NCBI GenBank assembly: GCA_965224025.1
Contig: OZ245033.1
Span: 384,001 to 448,000 of the forward strand
Source of the DNA: Candidatus Multivorans sp.
GTDB taxonomy: Bacteria; Acidobacteriota; Thermoanaerobaculia; Multivoradales; Multivoraceae
Length of the DNA stretch: 64,000 bases
Direction: 5' to 3'
A model generated the notes under the pieces. The model saw only the letters and a program-made list of their open reading frames with translations. It did not search any database and was not told the origin of the DNA. Every line of letters begins with the position of its first letter. Position 1 is the first letter of the stretch. Shown piece by piece: positions 54,519 to 64,000 of this stretch. Position numbers and translations under genes: made by a program.

Positions 54519-55842
54519 CGAAGAGCGGGCGGGTGATCCTCGGCGCGGTCCTCACCTACCGCGCCGATCCGGCGGCCGCGGGCCCGGCGGAGGCCGTCGA
54601 CTTCCACCCGCGGGGCGCCGTTGCGGTCGACGGGAAGGGGCGCATCGCTTTCTGCGGGGAAGCCGCGGCATTGCCGGAGCACTACCGGCAACTGCCCAGG
54701 CACGACTATGGCGACGCGCTGGTCCTGCCCGGCTTCATCGACGCCCACGTCCACTTTCCCCAGTACCGGATGCTCGCGGCGCCCGGCCGGGATCTGCTCG
54801 ACTGGCTCGACCGCTTCACCTGGCGCGAGGAACTCCGCTACTGCGACCCGGCCCACGCCGCCGAAGCGGCCGGCGTGTTCCTGGAACGGCTGGTGCAGCA
54901 CGGAACCACAGCCGCGGTCGTGTTCTCGTCGGTCCACCGGCAAGCCGCCGAAGCCCTGTTCAACGCAGCCGAAGCGCGGGGCATGGCCATCGTCACCGGC
55001 AAGACGATGATGGACCGCAACGCGCCGGCCGGCCTCCTGGATGATCCGGAAACGGGGGTCGCCGACAGTGAGACGCTCGCCGATCGGTGGCATCTCCGGG
55101 GCCGGCTTCAGTACGCGATCACGGTTCGATTCGCCATCACCTCCAGCCGCGAGCAGCTTCAGCATGCGGGCGAACTCGCGGCCGCGCGCCCCGAGCTTCT
55201 GGTGCAGTCGCACCTCGGTGAGAGCCGGGCCGAGATCGCGCGCGTTCGGGAGCTCTTTCCGGAGGCGCTCGACTACACGGACGTGTACGAGCGGGCGGGA
55301 CTCCTGAGGCCCCGCACCTTCCTTGCGCACGGTGTCCACCTTGGCGAGCGGGAATGCCATCGGCTCCACGAAACCGGCACGACGGTGGTCCACTGCCCAA
55401 CCGCGAACTTCTTCCTGGGCTCAGGCGTCTTCGACCGGAGCCTGATCAACCGCCCGGAACGCCCGGTTGGAATCGCGGTGGGAAGCGACGTCGGCGCCGG
55501 AACCGGTTACTCGATGCTCCACACGCTCGCCGGGGCCTACCAGGCGGCCTGCTCCGAAACGTCCATCTCGGCGCCCACGACCTCTTCCACTCCGCCACCC
55601 GAGGCAACGCCAGGCTCCTCGGTCTCGAGGAGGAGATCGGGTCTCTGGAACCCGGCCACTGGGCGGACATCGTGGTGCTCGATCCGGCGGCAACACCGGT
55701 GATGCGCGATCGCCACGCCCTTTCCGAGAACCTCGAGGACACTCTGTACGCACTCGCCCTCCTGGGCGACGACCGGGCGGTGGGGGCCGCGTTCGTCGCC
55801 GGGCGCCTCGCCTGGGACCGGGACCGGGGCGCCTGGCCCTGA
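54515..55842 (+). CDS. guaD: Guanine deaminase, frameshifted near 55547
   Basis: PGFIDAHVHFPQ, QSHLGE, HCPTANFFLGSG, SDVGAG; C-terminus ATRGNARLLGL..GDDRAV in a shifted frame. Confidence 0.85.
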
Positions 55843-55858
55843 CGGCCCGTCGACTGGT

Positions 55859-56875
<1,017 letters not shown>

Positions 56876-56899
56876 CTTCACTGCACCGTGCTGGGCAAC

Positions 56900-57156
56900 C
56901 GCAAGGGGCGCGCGTAGGCCAGCCACGGCGCCGGCCAGTTCTCGAACCGCTCCGGCTCCAGCATCTCCAGGTCGCGGTTGCCCGCGATGAGGACGCCATC
57001 GACGCCCCCGAGCAGGGCCATCGTCTCGTTCGGCTGCGGGCCCGAGAGCACTGTGTCGCCGAGAAAGACCGTCGCGTCGGCGTCCCGTTCCTTGTCGAGC
57101 ACCGCCGAGAGAGCCTCGGCGTTCCCGTGTACGTCGGCGATGACCAGGATCTTCAC
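56900..57156 (-). pseudogene. Metallophosphoesterase N-terminal fragment
   Basis: IADVHGN, LGD, GNRD, then truncation. Confidence 0.75.
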
Positions 57157-57202
57157 GTCAAGATCCGAGGAGACTCGCGACCTGCTCCCGACGTAGCCCG
57201 GT

Positions 57203-57414
57203 TCAAACCAGCTTCCTGAACTCTGCCTCGGTCAAACCGGCGTCCTGGACGATGCGTCCCATCGTGAACGCATTGACGGGTTGTTGCGGGGCACGGTAAC
57301 GATGCGCTGACCGTCCGTCAGGACGATGTGCTTGCCTTGCCGCGCGATGCGGAAACCGACCTTCTCCAGTGCACGTACCGCCCGGAGATGATTGACCCCA
57401 GGGATCTTTGGCAT
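57203..57414 (-). CDS. hicA: HicA-like toxin, frameshifted near 57278
   Basis: RALEKVGFRIARQGKH; one added base restores VNAFTMGRIVQDAGLTEAEFRKLV. Confidence 0.8.
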
Positions 57415-57419
57415 CGCCT

Positions 57420-57617
57420 CTATACGGCGACTTCGATTTCCCGGATCTTCATACCGGCCGCGTTTTCAGCAGCCACTTCCAGGTACTCCCGGACCGCCTC
57501 AGCGATGTTGGCCAGCGCTTCCTCTTCGGTCTCACCCTGGGACACGCAGCCGGGCAGGCCCGGCACCCAGACGCTGAAGCCCTCTTCGGACTCCTGAAGC
57601 GCTACCTGGTACTTCAT
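57420..57617 (-). CDS. hicB: Short HicB antitoxin
   Basis: SEEGFSVWVPGLPGCVSQGETEEEALANIAEA. Confidence 0.88.
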   Translation of the reverse strand: MKYQVALQESEEGFSVWVPGLPGCVSQGETEEEALANIAEAVREYLEVAAENAAGMKIREIEVAV

Positions 57618-57929
57618 TCTCGACCTCCACGCGAACTCTCATCCGCACCCGATCCCGCGGGGCATTGCAAACCTGACCGCCAGAGCCTACTACCGCGGGG
57701 GAAGGAGCGCCGTCCGCCAGCTCGACGTACAGCGCGGGAGCGTGCTCCAGACCAGGAGTCCCCTTCGCTAGCCGACGTCGGCGGCCGCTGCACTGTCGGG
57801 CGTGTTGTGGGTACGGGCCGACAGGCGTGCCATAGAGCCGGAAGACACGTGCACCGCTCCCGAGCACCTTGGCCAGCCAGAGGACCGGGGGGCGGGAATC
57901 GCGCCTCCCGCTCCGTGCAACTGCGAACG

Positions 57930-58735
57930 CGTTTGCCGGAGGCCTCGGCCGGGAAGCGGACGCCCGCGACCTCGATCTCGAAACGGCCGGGCAGTCGGGG
58001 AAGTCCGGCAACAGCGACAGGCGGACGCAGCCGAGGCCGACGGCCGCTCCGAGACTGTGGCCGTAGTTCCCGGAGGTGACGTAGCCCGCGATTTCGTCCC
58101 CCAGCCAGATCGGACGTAGCGAGTCCAGGGCATGGTAGCCGGCCTGGACCAGACCGAACGCCTCGCCGGCGGCCAGGACCTCGTCGTAGACGCCGGCCGT
58201 GAACTCCGACGGAACGTAGAGCTCCCAACCGAATTCGCCGACGTAGGTGATGCGCGACCCCCGCCCGCGGACTGGATTCCGATGGAGTTCAGGCCGGCAG
58301 CGACGAAGCAGTTCCCGCACTCGGGCGCTTCGCCGACGTGGTAGCGGACATCCGGCGTGAAGCTCTCCGGGCCGCGGAAGAGCTGCAGGACGTCGGCCGA
58401 CTGGAGGGCCCGCATGCGCTCCCTGGCGCCGCGCAGCAACGGCTCGAAGTGCTCGCGGTTGACGGCGATTTCGTCGAAGCAGAAGTCCTCGGGGATGCCG
58501 TCCATGCCCCAGGGCCGCGCGTTCGGCTCGAAGACGCCGACCATCAGCTTGCCCGCGTCGTACCGGTAGTACGAGATGGCGTCGTAGTCCCGCACGACGG
58601 GCAGGTTCGCGTCGAGCCCCTCGACGGAGTCGAAACGGACGTAGTAGTGCTCGCAGGCACGCAGCGGGACGTTGACGCCGATGGAGGCGGCGAGTAGTCG
58701 TCATCGGCGGTGGCGTGATCGGCTGCTCGGTCGCT
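57930..58735 (-). pseudogene. Decayed GcvT-family FAD oxidoreductase (dimethylglycine/sarcosine dehydrogenase-like)
   Basis: ACEHYY, GPESFTPD, NSIGIQSAGG, RITYVGEFGWELY and GYVTSGNYGH segments with large gaps. Confidence 0.8.
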
Positions 58736-58743
58736 AAGAGGAG

Positions 58744-59097
58744 TCAGGAAGGTTGCCGCGAGACCCGGACTCGCTCACCTCGTATCGTGATCACCGCTCG
58801 CGCCTCCAGCTCGCGCCGATGGCGCGCCAACAGCTCATTCATCAACGCGATTCGCCGCTCCGCGGGGACATCGGGTAGCCGCATCAGACCGGCATGGGCT
58901 GCCGCTTGCCCGAAGATCAGTTCGCCGAAATCCGTGTCTATCGTGACCAGGATTCGGTCGTTCTCGGCCGCTCGATGGAGTAGCGCTCTGTCGCCCGGAT
59001 CGGGGCCGAGTTCGAGCGATTCAACGACATCGCGTCCTTCTTGGCGTAGCCACTCGGCCAGCCGGCGGCCGGTACATCGGTCCACAAGGAACCGCAC
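58744..59097 (-). CDS. DUF5615 PIN-like toxin
   Basis: RFLVD, RILVTIDTDFGELIF. Confidence 0.85.
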   Translation of the reverse strand: MRFLVDRCTGRRLAEWLRQEGRDVVESLELGPDPGDRALLHRAAENDRILVTIDTDFGELIFGQAAAHAGLMRLPDVPAERRIALMNELLARHRRELEARAVITIRGERVRVSRQPS

Positions 59098-59348
59098 TAC
59101 CTGGCGACGGACACCGCGGACAGCGTGTCTCGGGCGATGACTGCGTGGGCGTACGCCGTGCAAGCCCGAATGTCGTCTGCTTCCAGATCCGGATAGTCCT
59201 CCAGAATGGCGTCGGGAGTCGCCCCCTGCGCCAGAAGGCTGAGGATCAACTCCACGGAGATCCGCATGTCACGGATGATCGGCTTACCGCCGAAGACATC
59301 CGGCCGGGCCGTGATGCGACCGAGTAGTTCCGCGTTCGTCGTGGACAT
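59097..59348 (-). CDS. DUF433 antitoxin-like protein
   Basis: RITARPDVFGGKPIIRDMRISV..DYPDLEADDIRA. Confidence 0.9.
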   Translation of the reverse strand: MSTTNAELLGRITARPDVFGGKPIIRDMRISVELILSLLAQGATPDAILEDYPDLEADDIRACTAYAHAVIARDTLSAVSVAR

Positions 59349-59439
59349 CGTCTTCAAGCTCTCAGGTTCTGAGTCTACTCCGCAACCGTCCCCGCAAGAC
59401 GACCTGAGCAATCGCCCTGCCAAGCTCTCCGGCCGCTAA

Positions 59440-59790
59440 GGCGGCCCTTGCCTCGAACTCCGGCCAGTCGTCCGCACGAGCCCGGGTCGCGCCCACCAGG
59501 ATGGATGTGACACAGGCGAGCAACGCCGTGAGCCGCCTGGCTACGCGCTGCCCGTTACCTGTTCGCCAACTCGTCATAGATCGCTTCGATGTTCGCTCTC
59601 GCGTGTTCCATGCCGTAGTCCTTGTAGCGCTCAGGCAACTCCAGGGTCGCCGCCGCCTCCTCGACGCTCAGACCGGCCCGGAAGGCTTTTTCCCTGGCGG
59701 CCAGAAAGTCGCGGTTGAAGTCGGCGTACTCCTCAAGGTCTTCCCACGTCATCAACCCCCTCCAGGGTCGGTTCGCACCTGTTTCCAGGC
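59440..59790 (-). pseudogene. Fragments: MBL-fold hydrolase C-terminus followed by a PQQ-like protein N-terminus
   Basis: MTWEDLEEYADF..ANIEAIYDEL, and a signal peptide plus ADDWPEF. Confidence 0.5.
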
Positions 59791-60054
59791 GACCCCGTCC
59801 AGCGTACGTCACGGGAGGCTGGCCGTGGCCCGTGACGACACGGCTCACGCCCGGGCTTCTGAAGCAGCGCCATGGCAAGCTAGCAAATGATGTCGTCAAC
59901 ACCCTGGCCGGAGCGGTCCACAGGTCCTTCGATGGATCGGCGCCGCTTCCTTGAAGGAGCGATGGTGGCGGTCGGGGCCTGTGCCGCGTCCCGTCAAGGG
60001 CATGCACTACTAGGAGCCGCAGTATGGTCGCCGCTCCGGGGCGCATTTCTTCCC

Positions 60055-60080
60055 GCGGGTCAGAAGACCCGCGGCTACAG
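60055..60080. repeat. Divergent REP-like hairpin
   Basis: GCGGGTC-AGAA-GACCCGC-GGCTACAG. Confidence 0.6.
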
Positions 60081-60137
60081 CCGGCGAGGGTGCCGGCGCA
60101 CCCAGTCTGAAACGTCGTCGGAAGAGGGAGGAAACCA

Positions 60138-61205
60138 ATGAAGGCCACACATCTGACGCTCGGCATTGCATGCACGCTGCTGATTGGCGCTTGCACGACC
60201 GCCCCGGAGGGGGAGACTGAGCCCGCATCCGACACAGAAACGGCATCCTCGCCCGAACCCGCCCGGAGCTACTCACCCGAATCACGCGATCTCGCCCAGG
60301 CGGACATCGAGCGGTTGATGGAGGAGCTCTCCAACTGGGGCCGCTGGGGCGACGACGACCAGTTGGGGGCGGCCAACCTGATCACCCCGGAGAAGCGCCT
60401 CGAGGCTCTGGCCCTGGCGACGGAGGGCATCTCCGTCTCGCTCGCCCATCCTCTGATCACCGAGGAGGCCGTCGATGTGCCGCTGCCGTTCGAGCGCGCG
60501 ATCCTGCGGCTTCCCGACCCCGACGAGGAGCCCGGGTTTCGCGACGGCGTCAGCGATCGCCACGAGATCAGCTACCACGGCTACTCGCACAGCCACATCG
60601 ACGCCCTGTGTCACATCCTCTACAAGGGGAAGATGTACAACGGCTACTCGCGGGACACGGTCACCGAGGAGGGCTGCACGCGGTCTTCGATCTTCAACCT
60701 CCGGGGCGGCATCGTCACCAGGGGCATCGTCTTCGACATACCCCGTCTCAAGGGCGCGCCTTATCTGGAACCGGGGACGCCGATCTACACCGAGGACCTC
60801 GAGGCCTTCGAGGAGATGGCCGGGCTCCGCGTCCGCGCGGGCGACGCCGTCTTCATCCGTACCGGGCGCTGGGCGCGGCGAGCCGAGCTCGGACCCTGGG
60901 CCGTGTCGCAGAACGCGGCCGGCCTCCACGCCTCGACGATGCCGTGGGTTCGCTCCCGCGACATCTCGTTCATCGGCTCCGACGCGGCGCTCGACGTCGT
61001 TCCATCGCAGGTGGAGGGCGTCGATCTTCCGGTGCACATCCTCACGATCGTCGCCATGGGCATCGACATCTTCGACAACCAGGACCTCGAAGCCGTCGCC
61101 GAGACGGCGGCCGAGCTGGGTCGCTGGGAGTTTCTGCTCGTGGCGGGGCCTCTGGCCGTCGAAACCGGAACCGGCTCGCCGATCAACGCACTGGCGATCT
61201 TCTGA
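60138..61205 (+). CDS. Cyclase family (kynurenine formamidase-like) lipoprotein
   Basis: NWGRWGDDDQLG, HSHIDALCH, FIRTG, TGSPINALAIF. Confidence 0.88.
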   Translation: MKATHLTLGIACTLLIGACTTAPEGETEPASDTETASSPEPARSYSPESRDLAQADIERLMEELSNWGRWGDDDQLGAANLITPEKRLEALALATEGISVSLAHPLITEEAVDVPLPFERAILRLPDPDEEPGFRDGVSDRHEISYHGYSHSHIDALCHILYKGKMYNGYSRDTVTEEGCTRSSIFNLRGGIVTRGIVFDIPRLKGAPYLEPGTPIYTEDLEAFEEMAGLRVRAGDAVFIRTGRWARRAELGPWAVSQNAAGLHASTMPWVRSRDISFIGSDAALDVVPSQVEGVDLPVHILTIVAMGIDIFDNQDLEAVAETAAELGRWEFLLVAGPLAVETGTGSPINALAIF

Positions 61206-61513
61206 GGGTTCCCACAAGATCGACTTCGCGGTCGTTCTGCGACCGTTCCGTCGCGCAATCACTGAACGAGAGACGAGGGCCGGACGAAGTCCATCGCTGG
61301 CGCACCGGCAAGAACGTCGTGCAGGCGTTCGAGGCGCACGGTACGTGTGCTTCCGCCTGCGGCGGCGATCTCCTTTGAGTCAGCGCTCGCTCTCCGGCGG
61401 CGGCCGCGGCTGCCGCGGCGCGGCCGTCCTCGTCACGTTGGACGTCGGCGGGATAGTTGTAAACGTTAGGCATCAACCGCCGACAAGCAGGGCGCCGCGA
61501 CGATCGGGTTGTC

Positions 61514-61768
61514 TCATTCTTCCAGCCGGTCTTCGGGATCTGGAGCTTGGCCGCCCGATCTGCGCAACAGCCGCCGCGCCGCTTCGATGTCAGCCCGAGA
61601 CGCGCGCCCGGTGAAGAACTCGGCAGTCCGCATCGCCGAGACTTTCTCGGCCACCGCCGTCGTCACGAACTGGTTGATGCTCGTGCCGTCGGCTTGGCTG
61701 ATCTCGGCGACCGCCGTCTTCAACGACGTAGGTAGCCGCAACGGATAGGTACTAAGCTGTTTCTTCAT
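61514..61768 (-). CDS. Ribbon-helix-helix antitoxin
   Basis: YPLRLPTSLK..GTSINQFVTTAVAEKVSA. Confidence 0.82.
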   Translation of the reverse strand: MKKQLSTYPLRLPTSLKTAVAEISQADGTSINQFVTTAVAEKVSAMRTAEFFTGRASRADIEAARRLLRRSGGQAPDPEDRLEE

Positions 61769-62190
61769 GACGACAGTCTCCTCAGGGCCTCTTGGGGTGA
61801 CAGCAGCGCGATGCCGAAGCGCTCGGGCGCCAAGCCGAAGTCCTTCCGGTTGAACGTCACCAGAGCGTCGGCCCCGCCGTTGATGGCGGTTTCGAGCACC
61901 ATCTCATCGGCCGGATCGTGCAACTGTGGACGCCACAGAAACCAGGTTGCAACGGGCGCCGCAACGGCGCAAAGCGCCGAGACGATGATCTCGACCTCCG
62001 TCTCGCTCAGGCCCGACACGATCCGTTGGGCCGGATCCCGGCAGACCGCCTCGTACTCCAGCGCTAGAGGAACGGACAGCACCAACACGAACGTCGCGTT
62101 CAAGGCGTGGTCGATCAACGCCGCAGACGCGCCGGTCGGACTCCGCAGGCCGGCAACAATGACATTGGTGTCCAGAACAAGCCGTATCAC
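61765..62190 (-). CDS. PIN-domain toxin
   Basis: VLDTNV, DPADEMVLETAING, VTFNRKDF. Confidence 0.88.
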   Translation of the reverse strand: MIRLVLDTNVIVAGLRSPTGASAALIDHALNATFVLVLSVPLALEYEAVCRDPAQRIVSGLSETEVEIIVSALCAVAAPVATWFLWRPQLHDPADEMVLETAINGGADALVTFNRKDFGLAPERFGIALLSPQEALRRLSS

Positions 62191-62249
62191 ATGCGATATG
62201 GTATCAACAATTTGCGAAGCCGGAACTCCGCTCCTTTGAGTCGTCTAGC

Positions 62250-62450
62250 AGTCCCGATCCTGAGCGCCCTTGCCCTCCCGTGGCTCACCTGGGCCGAGAC
62301 CGCCGAGTGGCCGCGCTTCCGGGGACCGAACGGCGGCGGCGCCATCGAGGCGGGCACCCTGCCGGTCGAAGTGGGACTCGACCGCAACCTCCTCTGGCGG
62401 GCCGGGATCCCGGCCGGCGACTCGTCGCCGGTCCTGAGCGCCGACCGCCA
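62250..62450 (+). pseudogene. PQQ-like beta-propeller protein N-terminal fragment
   Basis: AEWPRFRGPNG..NLLWR..SSPVL, then truncation. Confidence 0.65.
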
Positions 62451-62947
62451 TCCGAGCGTGCTGACCGGAAAGGCGCTGCGCGACGCGGAGATCCGGATCT
62501 GGAACCTGGCGGACTACTGGGTGGAACGCTGGAGGCCGTGGGCCTCGATGCAGTCAGCGAGGGCGCGATGGGCAGCCAGGAGTTCCTGCCGGGTACCGCC
62601 GCCCAGAATCGCCTCGCCGCGGATCGCGAGGAGGTCGGCCGTGTAGGCAGCCAGGGGCGCGCAGACTGGAAGTTCCGGGCGTGCGTCACCTTCGTCGGCC
62701 GGGACGGCGGCGCTGAGGCCCACTCCGACCAGGACGGTGAGGACGCCGATCACGAGGAAGCCGATTGAGCGGCGGTAGTCGGGCACTGGTTCGCTCCTTC
62801 CCAGGGGAGGCGCTAGGAACACTTGGTCACAGTGACTTGTACGGTTGCGGATCGCAGACTGTCTAGCCTCCGGGATCTGGATTCATCCTGCGGACTGTCG
62901 TCTGGCCGGCGGCCGGCAGGGCCGGCGCTAGAATCGCCTCCACCGCC

Positions 62948-63265
62948 ATGAACGACACGCAGAGCGCAAGCGACCCGGTGACGGCGCCGACTCGGGCAGA
63001 GCACGCGGCCGGCATGGCGGCGTACCAGGAAGAGGGGCTGCGCCTCGCCGCCGAGATCGGCAACCGGGGGCCGATTCGACTGACGGACCAGGGCAGGCTC
63101 CATCCGGACATCCTGGCGGCGTACTGGAAACACGGGTTCTACGTCTTCGAGGGACTCATCGGCGGCGACGAGCTGGCCGAGCTGTGCCGCGATGCCAACG
63201 AGATGCTGGAGCGCGCGCCGGTGGGTCCGGATGCGGACGTGGACGCGCGAGGGCGGCCGGCGCCG
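62948..63265 (+). pseudogene. Phytanoyl-CoA dioxygenase-like N-terminal fragment
   Basis: NRGPIRL..LHPDILAAYWKHGFYVFEG..DARGRPA, then unrelated sequence. Confidence 0.6.
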
Positions 63266-63324
63266 CCGTACACGAGCAAGCGATCGGACAACGATCGCCA
63301 TCGCGGCCGCGTTCGAAGCGACGC

Positions 63325-63906
63325 TCAGTTTCTGCCCGCGACGCCAAGCCGAGCGGGATCGTCGGATCGGCAGTCGATCCGCCGCCCGAATCCGGGCGGG
63401 AGGTGTTCCTGCATTGCCATCCGCAACTCGTCACTTCGGGCGCGGACAAGATTGAAGGTCTCGACCAGCGTCTCTTCATAGAGGTGCGGCAGCGGCACCG
63501 CCAGATCCCACCTAAAGTCCAGGTGATGGTCCTCCTCGACCCCGACGTACTCGATCCACACGTTGCGCATCGCCGAGGCCGCACGCCCTGCCATCGCAAC
63601 GCCGGCCGACAGGCAGGTCTCGGCGCTGTCCGAACGGTAGTGGGAGCCGCAGTTCTTGAAGTTCCAGCGTTCCGGCAACGGACCGCCATCCAGGAGGGAC
63701 ACGCCCGGGCCACAAGCCTGAGGCGCACGTTCGAGGAGTCCGTCGTTCGTCCAGAGTCGATCCACCGCTTCAAGGTCGGATGCCGAGAACTGAAGACAAC
63801 CTGTGGCCCCGCCGCCCGTCAAGTAGGTCGCCCGTCCGTCGGCGTCGATCAGGATCGCGAAGCTCTGAACTGGACTTCGGTCCAAAGGAGCGATCTTTAG
63901 CGTCAA
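63325..63906 (-). CDS. Hypothetical protein
   Basis: 193-aa ORF with protein-like composition and no recognised motif. Confidence 0.35.
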   Translation of the reverse strand: MTLKIAPLDRSPVQSFAILIDADGRATYLTGGGATGCLQFSASDLEAVDRLWTNDGLLERAPQACGPGVSLLDGGPLPERWNFKNCGSHYRSDSAETCLSAGVAMAGRAASAMRNVWIEYVGVEEDHHLDFRWDLAVPLPHLYEETLVETFNLVRARSDELRMAMQEHLPPGFGRRIDCRSDDPARLGVAGRN

Positions 63907-64000
63907 CCGCGTCCCGCGGTATCGCGACTCGGCCCCGTTCCCGGCCTTCCCACAACCGGCATCTCCGCCCCATCTGAACTTCCAGGGAGTCAGCGCATAG

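Noticed and set aside
62514-62822. 102-aa ORF with a hydrophobic segment
   Set aside because: No recognisable family, and it lies among gene fragments.

Overview
High-GC bacterial window, probably Acidobacteriota (inference from the secreted-protein families, TonB receptors and PQQ proteins). Main blocks: a TonB receptor tail followed by a split B12-dependent acyl-CoA mutase operon (large subunit, B12-binding subunit, MeaB) whose specificity residues are non-canonical; PQQ, hydrolase and tannase genes; a MaoC-MaoC-CoA transferase-CitE-like lyase operon; an IS3 abutting a truncated IS21; a minus-strand catabolic operon at 30.7-46.1 kb (TBDR, SSS symporter, sulfatase, Tat-signal enolase-superfamily dehydratase, PhoD, LamG/propeller protein, beta-helix/aldolase fusion); a TBDR divergent from xdhABC-guaD; six toxin-antitoxin modules; and many gene fragments. 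The most striking unexplained structure is an 18-copy REP-like hairpin family with covarying stems. In the catabolic operon it is read in frame in the N-termini of four exported proteins, and at a fifth junction it forms a translationally coupled mini-ORF. All calls are by eye, with no database searches; several single-base frameshifts may be sequencing errors.
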